Assembly (NCBI GenBank): GCA_963666835.2
Contig: CAXXGO010000006.1
Coordinates: forward strand, 960,001-1,024,000
Direction: 5' to 3'
Length of the DNA stretch: 64,000 nt
DNA from: Phycisphaerae bacterium
GTDB taxonomy: Bacteria > Planctomycetota > Phycisphaerae > UBA1845
Shown here: positions 48,723 through 60,074 of the stretch, in pieces
How the letters are laid out: each line of letters begins with the position of its first letter
How positions within the stretch are numbered: position 1 is the stretch's first letter
Notes under the pieces: model-generated
The model's input: only the letters and a program-made list of their open reading frames with translations
The model's database searches: none
What the model was told of the DNA's origin: nothing
Position numbers and translations under genes: made by a program

Positions 48723-50573
48723 TTACCAGCCGCGCACCATCATCCTCTGGCCCATGCTGATGTGGTTTCGGGAGACGCCGGCCTCTTCGGCCCAATCGCG
48801 ATTGATCATGTAGGCGGTGCGTTCGTCAAACCCCCGGGCGTTGAAGGGAATCCCGTGCGCCCGGTAGTACTCGGCGCATTTGCGGAAGTTCCGGGCATTC
48901 CGCCGCGAGTTGCGCAGGTAGACCCCGCTGTTGTAATTCTCGAACACGGGCGTCCATTTCTCGCGATCGCTCCGGTCGGCGGTGACGTAGTCACGGTGGA
49001 CCAGGAGGATGTCGATACCGTATTCGTCCAGCTTCTCCTCGGCGCCCGCCTTCTTCCAACGGATCGTGCGCGAGTCTTCAAAGAGCTTCGGACCGAAGGT
49101 GATCCACCGCCCGTCCATAAAGATCGGGTAGTCCAGGTAGGTACGAAACAGGACGTATCCGCCCCAACGTTTGGGGTTGAACAGGCGTCCTTCGAGTTTG
49201 ACCGAATCGAGGAAATCCATCGCCTCAATCGGAAACGAAGGCTTGTGGAAGTTCCAGTCCGCTGACAATCGCTGCCGGTATGGTGTCACTTTGTCCCAGA
49301 GGACCGGATAGAGCGTTGCACTCACCAGCAGCAACGCGGCGACCGGCGCCAGTTGCCGGGCCAGCCGGCGCAGGCGACGCAAAGAGGGGACATCCGCGTA
49401 TGACGACCAGCGACTGAGCTCCGGCAGCAGTAACAGGATCGGAGCGAACGCGGCCGCGATGAAGCGCAGCCCGGTAAGCGGTAACAAAGTCAGGAACACC
49501 ACCACCGCCGTTTCTGCAAGTCCTCGACGCCGGATGGTCAACCCGGCCGCGATGAGTGTAGCTCCGGCGACCGCCACGAAGGTCCTCACGGAGTACTTCA
49601 GGCTGGGATCGGACCAGAAGTCCAGTATCGGCAACCACTCGGAGCTGGTGGTACTGTTGAAACGCTTTGACTCAATCAGATAAGGGAACAGACGCACGTG
49701 ATTGGGGGTAATGACCAGTGCGACTACGGCGATAAGGGCGAGAAGCCCGAGACGCCGCAGATCGCCTCCGGCCAACTCGCCGGCCGAGGGACGCCGCCAG
49801 CCGAGTTTCTGCTGCCCGCACTCGACCATGACGTAGAGCACGACTAATGCGGAGAACAGAACAACCCCCGCATGGGCGTTGGCCCAGACGACCATGACCA
49901 CGAAGATGCCGACAAGTTGGCCGGCCGTCAGCGCGGGGCGGTAAACGAACAGATATCCGTACATCAGCAGCAGAAGGGTGATCTGGAACATGTACGGCCG
50001 GTGTTGGAACCGATCGTGGGCCAGTACGAAGAACAGGCACACGCCGCAGACCGCCAGAGCGCGGGCGGCGGATTCGCGCCGCAGCAGCCCGTAGAGCCAG
50101 ATCAACATAAGTGCCACCAATGAGGCATGGACCCACCGCAGCCCGAGGACCCCGGCAGCTTTGATGATGAGGTGATACGCAACCTGCGACAGCCACTCGT
50201 GGGCGACCATCGGCACTCCGCGCGCCGTGTGCGAGAAGGGCTCGGTGGTCGGTACCGTGTGGTTCTCGACCACATAACGTCCCAAAGCCGCGTGCCAGCC
50301 GAAATCTCCGTTGAAGACCGGCATCATCATGTAATACATGCCCAACGCGCACAGCCCGGCCAGGCAGGTCCACGCGCAAAGGCGCCTGAGAAACACCGAC
50401 TTGATGCGATTATCTCCGGTTGGGGAGAGGGCCGGCTCGTCGAGTCGGGGTGCGGCAACGACCGGCATGGCGGGGCGCGCCCGCGAACTTCTGCGGCGGC
50501 CGGTGCGACGACCGGCTGCCGGAGCCTGCGTGGGACGAGAAGCCCCGGGTTGGTTTCTGTCAAACTCCGCCAT
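48723..50573 (-). CDS. Polytopic membrane protein, probable GT-C-fold glycosyltransferase
   Basis: DFGWH...GR...EPFS...HEWL first loop, RP, WANAH, EWLP, about 10 or more TM segments, periplasmic tail WGGY...IFMDGR. Confidence 0.7.
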   Translation of the reverse strand: MAEFDRNQPGASRPTQAPAAGRRTGRRRSSRARPAMPVVAAPRLDEPALSPTGDNRIKSVFLRRLCAWTCLAGLCALGMYYMMMPVFNGDFGWHAALGRYVVENHTVPTTEPFSHTARGVPMVAHEWLSQVAYHLIIKAAGVLGLRWVHASLVALMLIWLYGLLRRESAARALAVCGVCLFFVLAHDRFQHRPYMFQITLLLLMYGYLFVYRPALTAGQLVGIFVVMVVWANAHAGVVLFSALVVLYVMVECGQQKLGWRRPSAGELAGGDLRRLGLLALIAVVALVITPNHVRLFPYLIESKRFNSTTSSEWLPILDFWSDPSLKYSVRTFVAVAGATLIAAGLTIRRRGLAETAVVVFLTLLPLTGLRFIAAAFAPILLLLPELSRWSSYADVPSLRRLRRLARQLAPVAALLLVSATLYPVLWDKVTPYRQRLSADWNFHKPSFPIEAMDFLDSVKLEGRLFNPKRWGGYVLFRTYLDYPIFMDGRWITFGPKLFEDSRTIRWKKAGAEEKLDEYGIDILLVHRDYVTADRSDREKWTPVFENYNSGVYLRNSRRNARNFRKCAEYYRAHGIPFNARGFDERTAYMINRDWAEEAGVSRNHISMGQRMMVRGW

Positions 50574-50862
50574 GGCACCAATTTCAGACAATTTCATACA
50601 ACTACATGAAGTTGCATGATACCAATGCAGCGACGGCGGATGCAACACAAAAGAGCCGGAACAACGGTTGGATCATCTCGGGTTGTTTTTCGAGGAAGGC
50701 TGCGGAGTTTGTGCCTCTTCTCCCTGCTGCGGTGGGACCGGGGGGCCTTCGCCGCTGTACCAATCTCCCTCTTTCATCCTCCGGGATAGGCGCCGATAAC
50801 CATGTACTCGGCCCCTACCGTCTCTGAGAAGGCGGATTGAAGACCGGTTTCAAGTGAGGCGT

Positions 50863-52416
50863 TTAGAGGAAATGGGCGGGGTTGTCGACTTTCTCGTCAA
50901 CGCGCTGCTGACTGGACTGCTCGCCGTCGAAGGTGAAGAGCATGACCTCATCGCCGATTCGAGCGTTGAGGTGAACCGGACGCCGCCACAAGGCGTGGAG
51001 CTGCTTCAGCGTGGCCACGGCGTACTTGATGTCGATGTCCGCGCCGTTGTGCCGATGGGCCAGGTACAGCTCCCCGCGGTTACGGTAGTTGCCGTCGGTC
51101 ACGTAGATGTACGGTTGGGCATGGTTGGTGAGCATGAACAGCAACTGTTGCTTGATCTTATCGAAATCACGATTAACCACGACCATGCGTCCCGTGGTGG
51201 GGTCCTGGCGGTAATGATAGAGCTTCTGCTCGTCGACGAACTCCGGGGTGAGGAACTCGTCGAGGAAGGTGACATCGTTGTAGATAGTTCGGACCTCGAA
51301 GATCTTCGCCCGTCCGGGAGAGTCGGGTCCGACAACGCGCCCGCGCGGAGCCCGGTCTTTGCCCCATTCCCGGCGGGCGGCCATGTCGTCGCAGGCGTCG
51401 TACTCGGGCCCGTAACGTCCGGTGTTCCAGCGGCGTTCGATGTCGCGGAGCAGTTCGATGCCGAGCTTGTAGGGGTTGAGCCGCCCGGGGGAGGTCGCCA
51501 GCGTACCGGAGTGGTGCTCGCAATAATCGATGAGTTCGTTGTCGCCCAGGATGTAGTTGGTCATCATCGTGGAATGCCAGTAGCTCGCCCAACCTTCATT
51601 CATGATCTTGGTTTGGCCTTGGGGGGCGAAGTAGTAGGCCTCCTCGCGGACGATCGAGAGGATGTCGGCTTCCCAGTCTTCCAAGGGAGCGTTCTGCAGC
51701 AGGAAAGCCAGAACATCTCTCAGCGGGCGAGCGGGGAAGCGTTTCTTGGCCTGCTGGGAGTTCTCGTCCACCGCGGCCCGGTCGCTGGCCAGCCGCTCCG
51801 GAGGATTGATGTAGCGATCCATGTAACTTTTGGCCGGAAACCGGGTGACGGTAGGTTCCGGTTTCTGTTTGGTCGTCGCAGTCGGCTGAGGCGCCGCTTC
51901 CCGCCGCATGAAGACCGAGTGCGGGTCGATCAGATTCTCTAGTGACAGACAGATGTCAATAAGCTGCTCGACCCTTTCCAACCCGTGGCGTCCGATGTAG
52001 CGGCGGATGCGGGTCGCGTGGTTGGCCATGTCGTCGATCATGCGCCGATTCGTGCGGGCAAACCAGATGTTGTTCTTGAAGAAGTCACAGTGGGCATAGA
52101 CGTGGGCGATCACCGTCTTGTGGTCGACGAGGGCGTTATCGTTCAGCAAGTAGGCGTAACAGGGGTTGTTGTTGATGACCATTTCGTAGATTTTGCCGAG
52201 CCCGTAGCGATGCTGCTTGCGCAGCCGCTCGTACTCCATTCCGAAACGCCAGTGGGGGTATCTCCGCGGGAATCCGCCGTACGCGGCCACCTGCGAGATC
52301 TCCTCGCTCGTGAGCATCTCGAAGACGGTCGGGTAGAAATCGAGCCCTTCACGGCGCGCATGTTCTGCAATGATCTCAGCCTGTTCGGCGATCTCCTTGG
52401 GCAACAGTCTGTTCAT
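50863..52416 (-). CDS. spoVR: SpoVR family protein
   Basis: GFPRRYPHWRFG, KIYEMVINNNPCYAYL, AHVYAHCDFFKNN, TKIMNEGWASYWH. Confidence 0.95.
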   Translation of the reverse strand: MNRLLPKEIAEQAEIIAEHARREGLDFYPTVFEMLTSEEISQVAAYGGFPRRYPHWRFGMEYERLRKQHRYGLGKIYEMVINNNPCYAYLLNDNALVDHKTVIAHVYAHCDFFKNNIWFARTNRRMIDDMANHATRIRRYIGRHGLERVEQLIDICLSLENLIDPHSVFMRREAAPQPTATTKQKPEPTVTRFPAKSYMDRYINPPERLASDRAAVDENSQQAKKRFPARPLRDVLAFLLQNAPLEDWEADILSIVREEAYYFAPQGQTKIMNEGWASYWHSTMMTNYILGDNELIDYCEHHSGTLATSPGRLNPYKLGIELLRDIERRWNTGRYGPEYDACDDMAARREWGKDRAPRGRVVGPDSPGRAKIFEVRTIYNDVTFLDEFLTPEFVDEQKLYHYRQDPTTGRMVVVNRDFDKIKQQLLFMLTNHAQPYIYVTDGNYRNRGELYLAHRHNGADIDIKYAVATLKQLHALWRRPVHLNARIGDEVMLFTFDGEQSSQQRVDEKVDNPAHFL

Positions 52417-52442
52417 GCTGCACGATCCCCGCGTAGCGGCGG

Positions 52443-53543
52443 TTACCGACCCGCCGTGAAGAACGTCTTGATGCTGTCGTAGATGTCGTCCTTGGTGTTC
52501 ACCCGGCTGGTAATCACGGCCTCGAGGTCGGGTAGATGCTCATGGACGACATTGATGAAGTTCCCGCTCCCGTAGGCGCTGGCCACCTGGCAATAGCCGA
52601 ACATATTGAGGTTCGGCAGAAGCTGTTCACGGACCAGCGTGCAGCACTCCCGGCTGTCGGATTCGCTGCTGTTGTCACCATCGGAGAAATGGAACAGGTA
52701 TATGTTCCAGTCATTGGGGGCGTAGTTCTTTTCGATGAGCTCCCGAGCGGCGCGATAAGCGCTGCTGATTCGGGTCCCGCCGTCTTCGCGAATGCGGAAG
52801 AAGGTGTCGCGGTCGACCTCCGCGGCGCGAACGTCGTGGACAATGTAGCGGCTTTCGATGCCTTGGTAGTTTTTACGCAGCCAGGCGTCGATCCAGAACG
52901 CCTCCAGGCGGACGAGTTCCTTCTGTTCGTCGCCCATAGAGCCGGAAACGTCCATCATATAGATGATCACGGCGTTGGACTGCGGGCTGAGCACCGTCTT
53001 CCAACTGCGGTAGACCTTGTCGCGCCGTTCGAAGATGATCCGCGGGGCATCGGGGTTATACAGTCCGGATATTATCTGCCGGCGCAAGGCGCGACGGAAG
53101 GTACGCTTGAAGTGTCGCAGAGACTCCGGGCCGGACTGGCGGACTCCGCTGTAGCGGTCTCTCTCAGCGGTGATGCGGTGCTTACCCTTGGGCTTGATTC
53201 GGGGGAGTTGCAGTTCCTCCCCGAGGATCTCGGCGAGTTCTTCCAGGGTAACGTCGACCTCCAGGATGTGCCGGCCTTCCTGCTCGCCGCCGGGGCCCAT
53301 GCCTTCGCCTTCCCCGTCGACCTGATCGCCTGGTTGCCCTTCGCCCTTCCCGACCCCGGCGTCATTGTTGTCGCCGTACCGGAAGTTGGGAATCTCGATA
53401 CCGTGGACGGGGATACTGACGAAACGTTTGCCCTCGCGCCCGAGCAGCTCGCCGCGGGTGAGGAACTTACGCAGATCCTGACGGATCTTCCCCTTGACGA
53501 TCTTGCGGAAGCGCTGGTGGTCGTTGTTAATCTGGAGAACCAT
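52443..53543 (-). CDS. yeaH: YeaH/YhbH (DUF444) vWA-like protein
   Basis: MMDVSGSM, GGTRISSAY, WNIYLFHFSDGDN. Confidence 0.92.
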   Translation of the reverse strand: MVLQINNDHQRFRKIVKGKIRQDLRKFLTRGELLGREGKRFVSIPVHGIEIPNFRYGDNNDAGVGKGEGQPGDQVDGEGEGMGPGGEQEGRHILEVDVTLEELAEILGEELQLPRIKPKGKHRITAERDRYSGVRQSGPESLRHFKRTFRRALRRQIISGLYNPDAPRIIFERRDKVYRSWKTVLSPQSNAVIIYMMDVSGSMGDEQKELVRLEAFWIDAWLRKNYQGIESRYIVHDVRAAEVDRDTFFRIREDGGTRISSAYRAARELIEKNYAPNDWNIYLFHFSDGDNSSESDSRECCTLVREQLLPNLNMFGYCQVASAYGSGNFINVVHEHLPDLEAVITSRVNTKDDIYDSIKTFFTAGR

Positions 53544-53639
53544 AGCCGAATCAGAACGCCGAGACTTCGGAACGTCGAAAGTCCGACCGGGCAGCTTCGA
53601 CTTTGCGGCGTTCTTGAAGTTCCGGGGCTCTCTCCCTTT

Positions 53640-55700
53640 CTAGTCTTCCGCTTTCGTATCCCCTCGCGCGAAGATGCTGGCCACGTAGTTCAGGACGTCG
53701 GTAGCGCTGGTTTCGTTGTACCCGAAGTACTTGATCAGGCGCTGCTTGACGACGTCGATCTTCGCCTGGGTCTCGTCATCTACCACTCCGGAGACCACGT
53801 TCTTGAGCTTGATCGTGTCCCGCTGGTCCTCGAACAGTTTGAGTTCCAGAGCCTTGTGGAGACGAGCGTTGGTATGGAACTCGAACTTCTTGCCGTCGAG
53901 CGAGAGGGCTCCGATGTAGTTCATGATCTCCTGCCGGAAGTCATCCTTGCGGCTCTCCGGGATGTCGATCTTCTCTTCGATCGAACGCATCAGGCGCTCG
54001 TCCGGCTCTTCGTCCTTGCCGGTGTACTTGTTGCGGACCTTCTCGTGCTGGGTGTACGCCCGGACGTTCTCGATGTAGTTCGAGCACAGGCGTGCGATGG
54101 CGTCTTCATCGGCGCTGATGGCCCGCTGGACTTCGGATTTCAGGGTATCCTCGTATTCCTCACGGACCGAGCCGAGCAGTTCGCGGTAACGCGTTTTCTG
54201 TTCTTCGTCGGTGATCAGGCTGTGATGCGAGAGCCCGGCCTCCAATTCGTTCATGACCATGAACGGATTGATGCAGTTCTCCTGGATGGCCTGGTCGTTG
54301 ACCAGGCAGTTCGATAGTTTGTCCTGGATGTAACGTGGGCTGATACCCTGCAGCCCTTCTCGTGGAGCTTCCTCGCGCAGCTCGCGGACGGAATCTTCCG
54401 TGAAGTTCGGGATACTCTTGCCGCTGTAGAGTTTGAGCTTCTGCATCAGAGTCAGCCCGGCCTTCTTCGGTTCGTCCAGTCGTGTGAGCACGGCCCACAT
54501 TGCGGCCATCTCGATCGTATGCGGGGCGATGTGGATCCCGCGGATGCGTTCCTTGTTGAAGTCCTTCTCGTAGATAGCGACCTCGTCCTCGAGCTTGATG
54601 TTGTACGGGACGTCGATCTTGATCGTCCGGTCGCGAAAGGCCTCCATCAGCTCGTTGGATTGGAGCTTCTTGTACTCGGGCTCGTTAGTGTGTCCGATGA
54701 TCACTTCGTCAATGTGGGTCTGCGCGAATTTCTTCGGCTTGATTACGTGTTCCTGAGACGCGCCGAGCAGATCGTAGAGAAAGGCCACATCGAGCTTGAG
54801 GACTTCAATGAACTCGACCAGACCGCGGTTGGCGATGTTCAGTTCGCCGTCGAAGTTGAACGCCCGGGGGTCGCTGTCGCTGCCGAACTCGGCGATCTTG
54901 CGGTAGTTGATGTCGCCGGTCAGCTCGGTCGAGTCCTGGTTCTTCTCGTCTTTGGGCTGGAAGGTGCCGATTCCGATCCGGTCCTTTTCGCTGAGGATCA
55001 CTCGCCGCACGTGAACGTGCTCGATTACCTTCAGCCAGTCTCCGTCGTATTTGAGGAGCAGATCGTCAAACATCTTGCGGCAGAAGGGGTCGAGAGCGCC
55101 TTCGATCCGGATTTGTGATCCTTCGCGCATGCCCTCGTTGAGTTTGCCCAAAGCGGCTTTGCGGGCCTCGATGGGAATGAGCTTCAACGGCTCCTCGTGC
55201 ATCGGGCAGGGATACACCACGTTGTTGCCGTCGTGGTCGGGGACGTTCCACGAGAAGCTGTACATCGCGCCCTCGTCGAGCCGGGAGTAGTACTCGAGTC
55301 CCTTTTTCAACAAGCGGGCGATCGTGCTCTTGGATGACCCCACCGGCCCGTGCAGCAACAGGATCCGGCGTTCCGTGCCGTATTGATGAGCCGCGGACTT
55401 GAAGAAATCCACCAGGTTCATCAGGGCGCGATCGAGCCCGAAAATAGCGTCGGCTCCGTCGTCGATCGGGTCCGAGAAGAACTTGTAGCGAACCAGTTCC
55501 TCGCGCATGCGCGAGTAGCGCTCGACGCCGAAGTGCATGATCATGTCATAAATGCGTTGGAAGGCATTACGCGCAATCCGCGGGTCCTTGGCGACCAGAT
55601 CCAGGTACTCGTGGAAGGAACCCTCCCAGTGCTGCTCGCGGAACCGGTCCGCGCTCATGCTACCTTCTACAACCGAGACAATGTCCTGAGCTGTTGCCAT
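53640..55700 (-). CDS. prkA: PrkA/YeaG family AAA+ serine protein kinase
   Basis: [12 protein letters not shown]alker [48 protein letters not shown] before ATG 55700. Confidence 0.95.
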   Translation of the reverse strand: MATAQDIVSVVEGSMSADRFREQHWEGSFHEYLDLVAKDPRIARNAFQRIYDMIMHFGVERYSRMREELVRYKFFSDPIDDGADAIFGLDRALMNLVDFFKSAAHQYGTERRILLLHGPVGSSKSTIARLLKKGLEYYSRLDEGAMYSFSWNVPDHDGNNVVYPCPMHEEPLKLIPIEARKAALGKLNEGMREGSQIRIEGALDPFCRKMFDDLLLKYDGDWLKVIEHVHVRRVILSEKDRIGIGTFQPKDEKNQDSTELTGDINYRKIAEFGSDSDPRAFNFDGELNIANRGLVEFIEVLKLDVAFLYDLLGASQEHVIKPKKFAQTHIDEVIIGHTNEPEYKKLQSNELMEAFRDRTIKIDVPYNIKLEDEVAIYEKDFNKERIRGIHIAPHTIEMAAMWAVLTRLDEPKKAGLTLMQKLKLYSGKSIPNFTEDSVRELREEAPREGLQGISPRYIQDKLSNCLVNDQAIQENCINPFMVMNELEAGLSHHSLITDEEQKTRYRELLGSVREEYEDTLKSEVQRAISADEDAIARLCSNYIENVRAYTQHEKVRNKYTGKDEEPDERLMRSIEEKIDIPESRKDDFRQEIMNYIGALSLDGKKFEFHTNARLHKALELKLFEDQRDTIKLKNVVSGVVDDETQAKIDVVKQRLIKYFGYNETSATDVLNYVASIFARGDTKAED

Positions 55701-56237
55701 GGCGACTACCTCCCAAACAGATGCGGCCGTCGGTACGCTTTGTGGAACGAGCCCCACCGTCACCCTGTCGAGAGTGTTCGGAGCCCATCGCCGCGCGCAA
55801 TTGCCGCCCGCCGACTCGTTTCCCTCGTCAACGGATACCGCCCCAATCGCATCCGATAAGCCATTGAATGCTAGGAGTGCCCGTCGACGCGAGTCAACGC
55901 CTTACCGGACACCTGCACACCGGTTAACCAGCATAATCGCCCCCTGAAGCACCGAAAAGCCGGTACCGGCGCCGCTCCCGCGGGGGAAGCCCTCTGCGCC
56001 GTTGTGGCAGAGTCCGCGTTCACCGGCGGGCTGCCAGGGGCCTTCTCTAATCAAACCTATATCGCCGTGCGTATTGGACGCACTAGTCGCAAACCAACTG
56101 CGCGTCTGGTTGACTATCGGCCGACCATGCTACGGCGGTTGGCAAAAATCCTGCTTGGAGAACGGCTTGCTCTGATGACGCGAACGTGTCGCATAACGAC
56201 GTGCATGGGACGGAATTATCGGCCGCGGACCCGGATG

Positions 56238-56363
56238 TCCCCTACGGCTGAAGCCATTGGCCACTCGTCCGGCTGGGTGGCCCATCGCTTTAGCGTTGGG
56301 GAATCGCCGCCCGTCCCTGAGCGGGGGGGCGGCACTATTCTGCAGGCAGGATGCCTGCGCTAC
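56238..56363. repeat. Inverted pair of GTGG-headed palindromes (56238-56264 / 56277-56303) plus a GTAG-type REP (56341-56363)
   Basis: TCCCCTACGGCTGAAGCCATTGGCCAC vs reverse complement TTCCCCAACGCTAAAGCGATGGGCCAC; minus-strand GTAGCGCAGGCATCCTGCCTGCA. Confidence 0.65.
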
Positions 56364-56385
56364 AATAATACGTGCCAGTCCTATG

Positions 56386-56679
56386 TCAGAAACGGCTCTT
56401 ACGGGCCTGTTTCTCCCAGGCGGGGATGCGGTCGTTACGGATGCGGACGACCAGCCAGACGATCGCGAGGATGCCGAGCAACGTGGCGAACATGGCCAGC
56501 ATCGTCACCAGACTCGAAATCGTCATAATCGGAGCCGGGGCGAGGGGGTCCGCGGGTTGTTCCCCGGTGTCAACATCCAACAGGGTCGAGACCCAGAACA
56601 ACGCGGGCGCGGCCACCGCACAGCCGACAATGGCCGCGACGATTTGCCAGATCGCCCAGCGTTTGACTTTCTTACTCAT
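56386..56679 (-). CDS. Small two-TM membrane protein
   Basis: GAGG RBS, basic N-terminus, two hydrophobic helices, basic C-terminus. Confidence 0.65.
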   Translation of the reverse strand: MSKKVKRWAIWQIVAAIVGCAVAAPALFWVSTLLDVDTGEQPADPLAPAPIMTISSLVTMLAMFATLLGILAIVWLVVRIRNDRIPAWEKQARKSRF

Positions 56680-56873
56680 AATGCACCTCTGCCCGCGGCC
56701 GATCCTTGCCACCCCCGCATACCGGCTGGGGTACCGAATGGAATCTACCACGCGACATCAGGGTAAACCGAGCGCAGCGGGATGCAAGGGGGGCGGGGGC
56801 CTTATCCATGCATCCGTAACCGGGGTCACCAGCTCTGACCTCCTGCCGGGCAAAGGGCTGGGGAATGTGTGCC

Positions 56874-59800
56874 CTACGCCCGGACCGGTTCGATAAGTTC
56901 CGGTTCGTCGCGCTCGGCTTCCTTCAGATGCAGCACGACTCGCAGATCCTCGACGATTATGAACAGAGCCGGGACCAGCAACAGCACCACTCCGGTAGCG
57001 AAGATAATCCCAAACGCCAGCGACAGGGCCATGGGGATCAGGAACCGGGCCTGGCGAGACGTTTCGAGGATCATCGGAGCCAGCCCTCCGAACGTGGTGA
57101 GGGAGGTCAGCGTGATTGGGCGAAACCGCCGCAGTCCGGCGGCGATTATAGACTCCAACCGGCTCTTGCCTGCCCGATACTCCCGGTTGGCGAACTCGAT
57201 CAACACCAGTGAGTCGTTCACAACGACGCCGGCGAGAGCCACCATGCCCATCATGCTTACAATGCTCAGGCTGTACCCCATAATCAGGTGCCCCAACACG
57301 GCCCCAATGAAACCGAACGGGATGCTGGTCATGACGATCAGAGGCTGCACGTAGCTTCTAAAGGGCACGGCCAGAATCGCGTAGATCACCATCATCGCCA
57401 GCACGAAACCCATCTTGAGGCTATCAAGGCTCTCGGCCATCTCGGCCTGCCTGCCCTCGAACCCGTAACGCAGGCCGGGGTACTTCGTAAGCATCTCGGG
57501 CAACGTGTCGGCTTTAAGAGCTGCGAGGATCATGCCGGCTTGGCTGGGAGGGTCCACATCAGCGGTTACGGTGATAACCCGGCGGCCCTGCCGGCGATCG
57601 ATGGTGGTATACGCCCGGCCGCGGCTTACGGTTACGACCTCGCGCAAGGGGAGATCGGCTCCGGAGGGCGCGCGAATGAGCAGCTCCTCCAGATCATGTT
57701 CCGACACGCGTTCGGCTTCTGGCAACCGCACCATGATTTTGACTTCGTTGCGGCCCCGTTGCTGCCGGACCACCTCGGCTCCGTAGTACGCGTTGCGGAC
57801 CTGGCGGGCGACGTCGGAGGCGGACAGCCCGAGACTCTGTCCGGTTGGAAGAATGCGGAAGTCGAACTGCCTTTTGCCCGGCGTGAAACCATCGTCCACG
57901 TCACGGGCGTTGGGGAAAGTGCGAATTACCTCGGCAAGTTCGGCGCCGGCTTGTTCCAGAGTCTCGAGTTTGGGATGGCTCAGCTCGACGGTCAACGCGG
58001 CCCCGCCACCGGGTCCGCCGGTATCTGATCTGAAGGCCAGTGATTCCAGGCCGGGGATTGAACCGACCCTTTCGCGCCAGAGTTTGACGAACTCAGCCGT
58101 ACCCAGCGGTCGCTGATCCGGCGGAGTCAAAAAGACTCGCACGGTGGTGGTGTGCCCTCCCGACGCTCCGCCGCCACCCTGGGAGATCGGTCCGCCCTCG
58201 GCGGTAGATCCGCCGATTTCGGCGAGGATCCCCTCAACCAGAGTGTCGCCGCCGTGTTCATCGATAATCTCTTCGGCGGCGCGCATCAGATCCGCCTGGA
58301 CCTGCTCGGTTACTTCCACCGCCGTTCCGTACGGCAGCACGGCGGTAGCCAAAGCCAGATCGGATTCAACGCGGGGGAACATGGTCATCCCCATCCGGCC
58401 GCTACTGACATACGCTGCCGTCAGCATCAAAAGGCTCAATCCCACGGCCAACGTGACATAACGGTATTCCAGCGCCTTACGCAACAGCGGGCCGTAACGC
58501 TCCCGGATCATCCGGGAGAACCACTCACTGAAACGCTTCTGGCACCCATGAACCCAGCGGCGAATACCTCCGGCGCGGAAGTCTTTTTGATGGCCCAGGT
58601 GTGCGGGTAGAACGAACAGGCACTCCAGCAGCGACATGAGAAACACCAGGACTACCACCGCCGGAATCACCCGGAAGATCTTGCCCATGACCCCGGGAAC
58701 GAAGAACAGAGGCATGAATGCCGCAATGTTCGTCAGAATACTGAACGTAACCGGCTGCACGACCTCGCGGGCTCCCCGCACGGCCGCCTGAAGAAAGGGC
58801 AGACCCTGGCGGCGCCATTCGTAGACGTTCTCGCCAACGATAATGGCGTCGTCCACCACAATGCCCAGGGCGATGATGAACGCGAACAGCGACACCATGT
58901 TAATAGAGACACCCATGAGCGGCAGCAGCAGAACCGTACCGAGGAACGAGATCGGAATACCCATCGTCACCCAAAACGCCAGCCGGGCTTCGAGAAACAG
59001 AGCCAACAGCACGAACACCAGCGTCAAACCGAGGTAGCCGTTGCGAAGCAGCAAGTCCATTCGCTGCTGGTAGATGTCCGACATGTCATTCCAGACTTCG
59101 AGGCCGATTCCCTCCGGCAGGATCTGCTCCAACTCCCGGGTATGGCGGTGTACGGCTTCGGATACTCCGACGGGGGTCTCGTTGCCCACGCGGTACACCC
59201 CGACCATCACGGCCGGGTGACCGTTGTACCAGGCCGACTGGTCCGTATCCTCGAACCCGTCGTTGATTGTGGCAATATCCCCCAGAAGCAGCCTGGTTCC
59301 GTCGTTGCTGGTTAAGATCGGGATGTCGGCAAACTCGTTGCCGTAGTCGCGGCGTTCCTTCATGCGGACCAGAATCTCACCGCCGGAAGTTTTGATGCCA
59401 CCGCCCGGCACTTCGACGGCCGCCTCCCGCACCTTTCGAGCCACATCGTCGAGCGTCAGGCCATAGGCGCGCAGACACTCTTGCGGCACCTCGATGCCAA
59501 TCTCCAGCGGTCGCACGGCCGAGAGTTCCACCTGGGTGATCTCGGGATCCTGCACGAAGCGGTCGCGGACCTGCTCGGCGAACTCCCGGAGGATCCGCTC
59601 GTCCTGATCGCCGTAGAGCACCACCGACAGCACCTGGCGTCGGCGGCTGACGATGGTCACCTCCGGCTCTTCGATGTCTTCGGGAAAAGACCTGATGCGG
59701 TCGACTTCGCTCTGGATGTCCTGCGCGGCTTTGTTCACATCCTCTCCGAGCAGGATGTCAACGAAGACGTGCCCCGCGCCTTCCGCAGCGCTCGAACTTA

Positions 59801-60068
59801 TCTCTTCCACCGCGTCCAGACCTCGGACGGCTTCTTCAACTGCCAGGATAACGCCCTGTTCGACCTCCGTGGGACTCGCTCCGGGGTAGGCTACGCTGAT
59901 CGTTACCCGATCAAGGTCGAATTCCGGAAAGACCTCCTGCTTGATGCGCATCGACCACAAAATGCCGCCGGCAATCAAAACCAGCATCAGCAAGTTCGCG
60001 GCTACGGAGTTGCCGGCCATCCAGGCAATGGCGCCGTGCCGATCGGCGGTGGTTGGCGATGTGCTCAT
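56874..60068 (-). CDS. RND efflux permease (AcrB/AcrD/AcrF family)
   Basis: NSVAANLLM, YPGASP.EVE, GIVVDDAIIVGEN, RFRPITLTSLTT.GGL.P. Confidence 0.95.
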   Translation of the reverse strand: MSTSPTTADRHGAIAWMAGNSVAANLLMLVLIAGGILWSMRIKQEVFPEFDLDRVTISVAYPGASPTEVEQGVILAVEEAVRGLDAVEEISSSAAEGAGHVFVDILLGEDVNKAAQDIQSEVDRIRSFPEDIEEPEVTIVSRRRQVLSVVLYGDQDERILREFAEQVRDRFVQDPEITQVELSAVRPLEIGIEVPQECLRAYGLTLDDVARKVREAAVEVPGGGIKTSGGEILVRMKERRDYGNEFADIPILTSNDGTRLLLGDIATINDGFEDTDQSAWYNGHPAVMVGVYRVGNETPVGVSEAVHRHTRELEQILPEGIGLEVWNDMSDIYQQRMDLLLRNGYLGLTLVFVLLALFLEARLAFWVTMGIPISFLGTVLLLPLMGVSINMVSLFAFIIALGIVVDDAIIVGENVYEWRRQGLPFLQAAVRGAREVVQPVTFSILTNIAAFMPLFFVPGVMGKIFRVIPAVVVLVFLMSLLECLFVLPAHLGHQKDFRAGGIRRWVHGCQKRFSEWFSRMIRERYGPLLRKALEYRYVTLAVGLSLLMLTAAYVSSGRMGMTMFPRVESDLALATAVLPYGTAVEVTEQVQADLMRAAEEIIDEHGGDTLVEGILAEIGGSTAEGGPISQGGGGASGGHTTTVRVFLTPPDQRPLGTAEFVKLWRERVGSIPGLESLAFRSDTGGPGGGAALTVELSHPKLETLEQAGAELAEVIRTFPNARDVDDGFTPGKRQFDFRILPTGQSLGLSASDVARQVRNAYYGAEVVRQQRGRNEVKIMVRLPEAERVSEHDLEELLIRAPSGADLPLREVVTVSRGRAYTTIDRRQGRRVITVTADVDPPSQAGMILAALKADTLPEMLTKYPGLRYGFEGRQAEMAESLDSLKMGFVLAMMVIYAILAVPFRSYVQPLIVMTSIPFGFIGAVLGHLIMGYSLSIVSMMGMVALAGVVVNDSLVLIEFANREYRAGKSRLESIIAAGLRRFRPITLTSLTTFGGLAPMILETSRQARFLIPMALSLAFGIIFATGVVLLLVPALFIIVEDLRVVLHLKEAERDEPELIEPVRA

Positions 60069-60074
60069 GATCGG

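Noticed and set aside
47366..48795. ORFs within the REP mosaic
   Set aside because: Translations of repeats in multiple frames, with no recognisable domain or transposase motif
50854..54317. Long plus-strand ORFs antisense to spoVR/yeaH/prkA, and similar antisense ORFs across the window
   Set aside because: Shadow ORFs typical of high-GC codon usage opposite well-supported genes
55947..56237. GC-rich intergenic region checked for tRNA or ncRNA
   Set aside because: No cloverleaf, T-loop or other recognisable RNA-family motif seen
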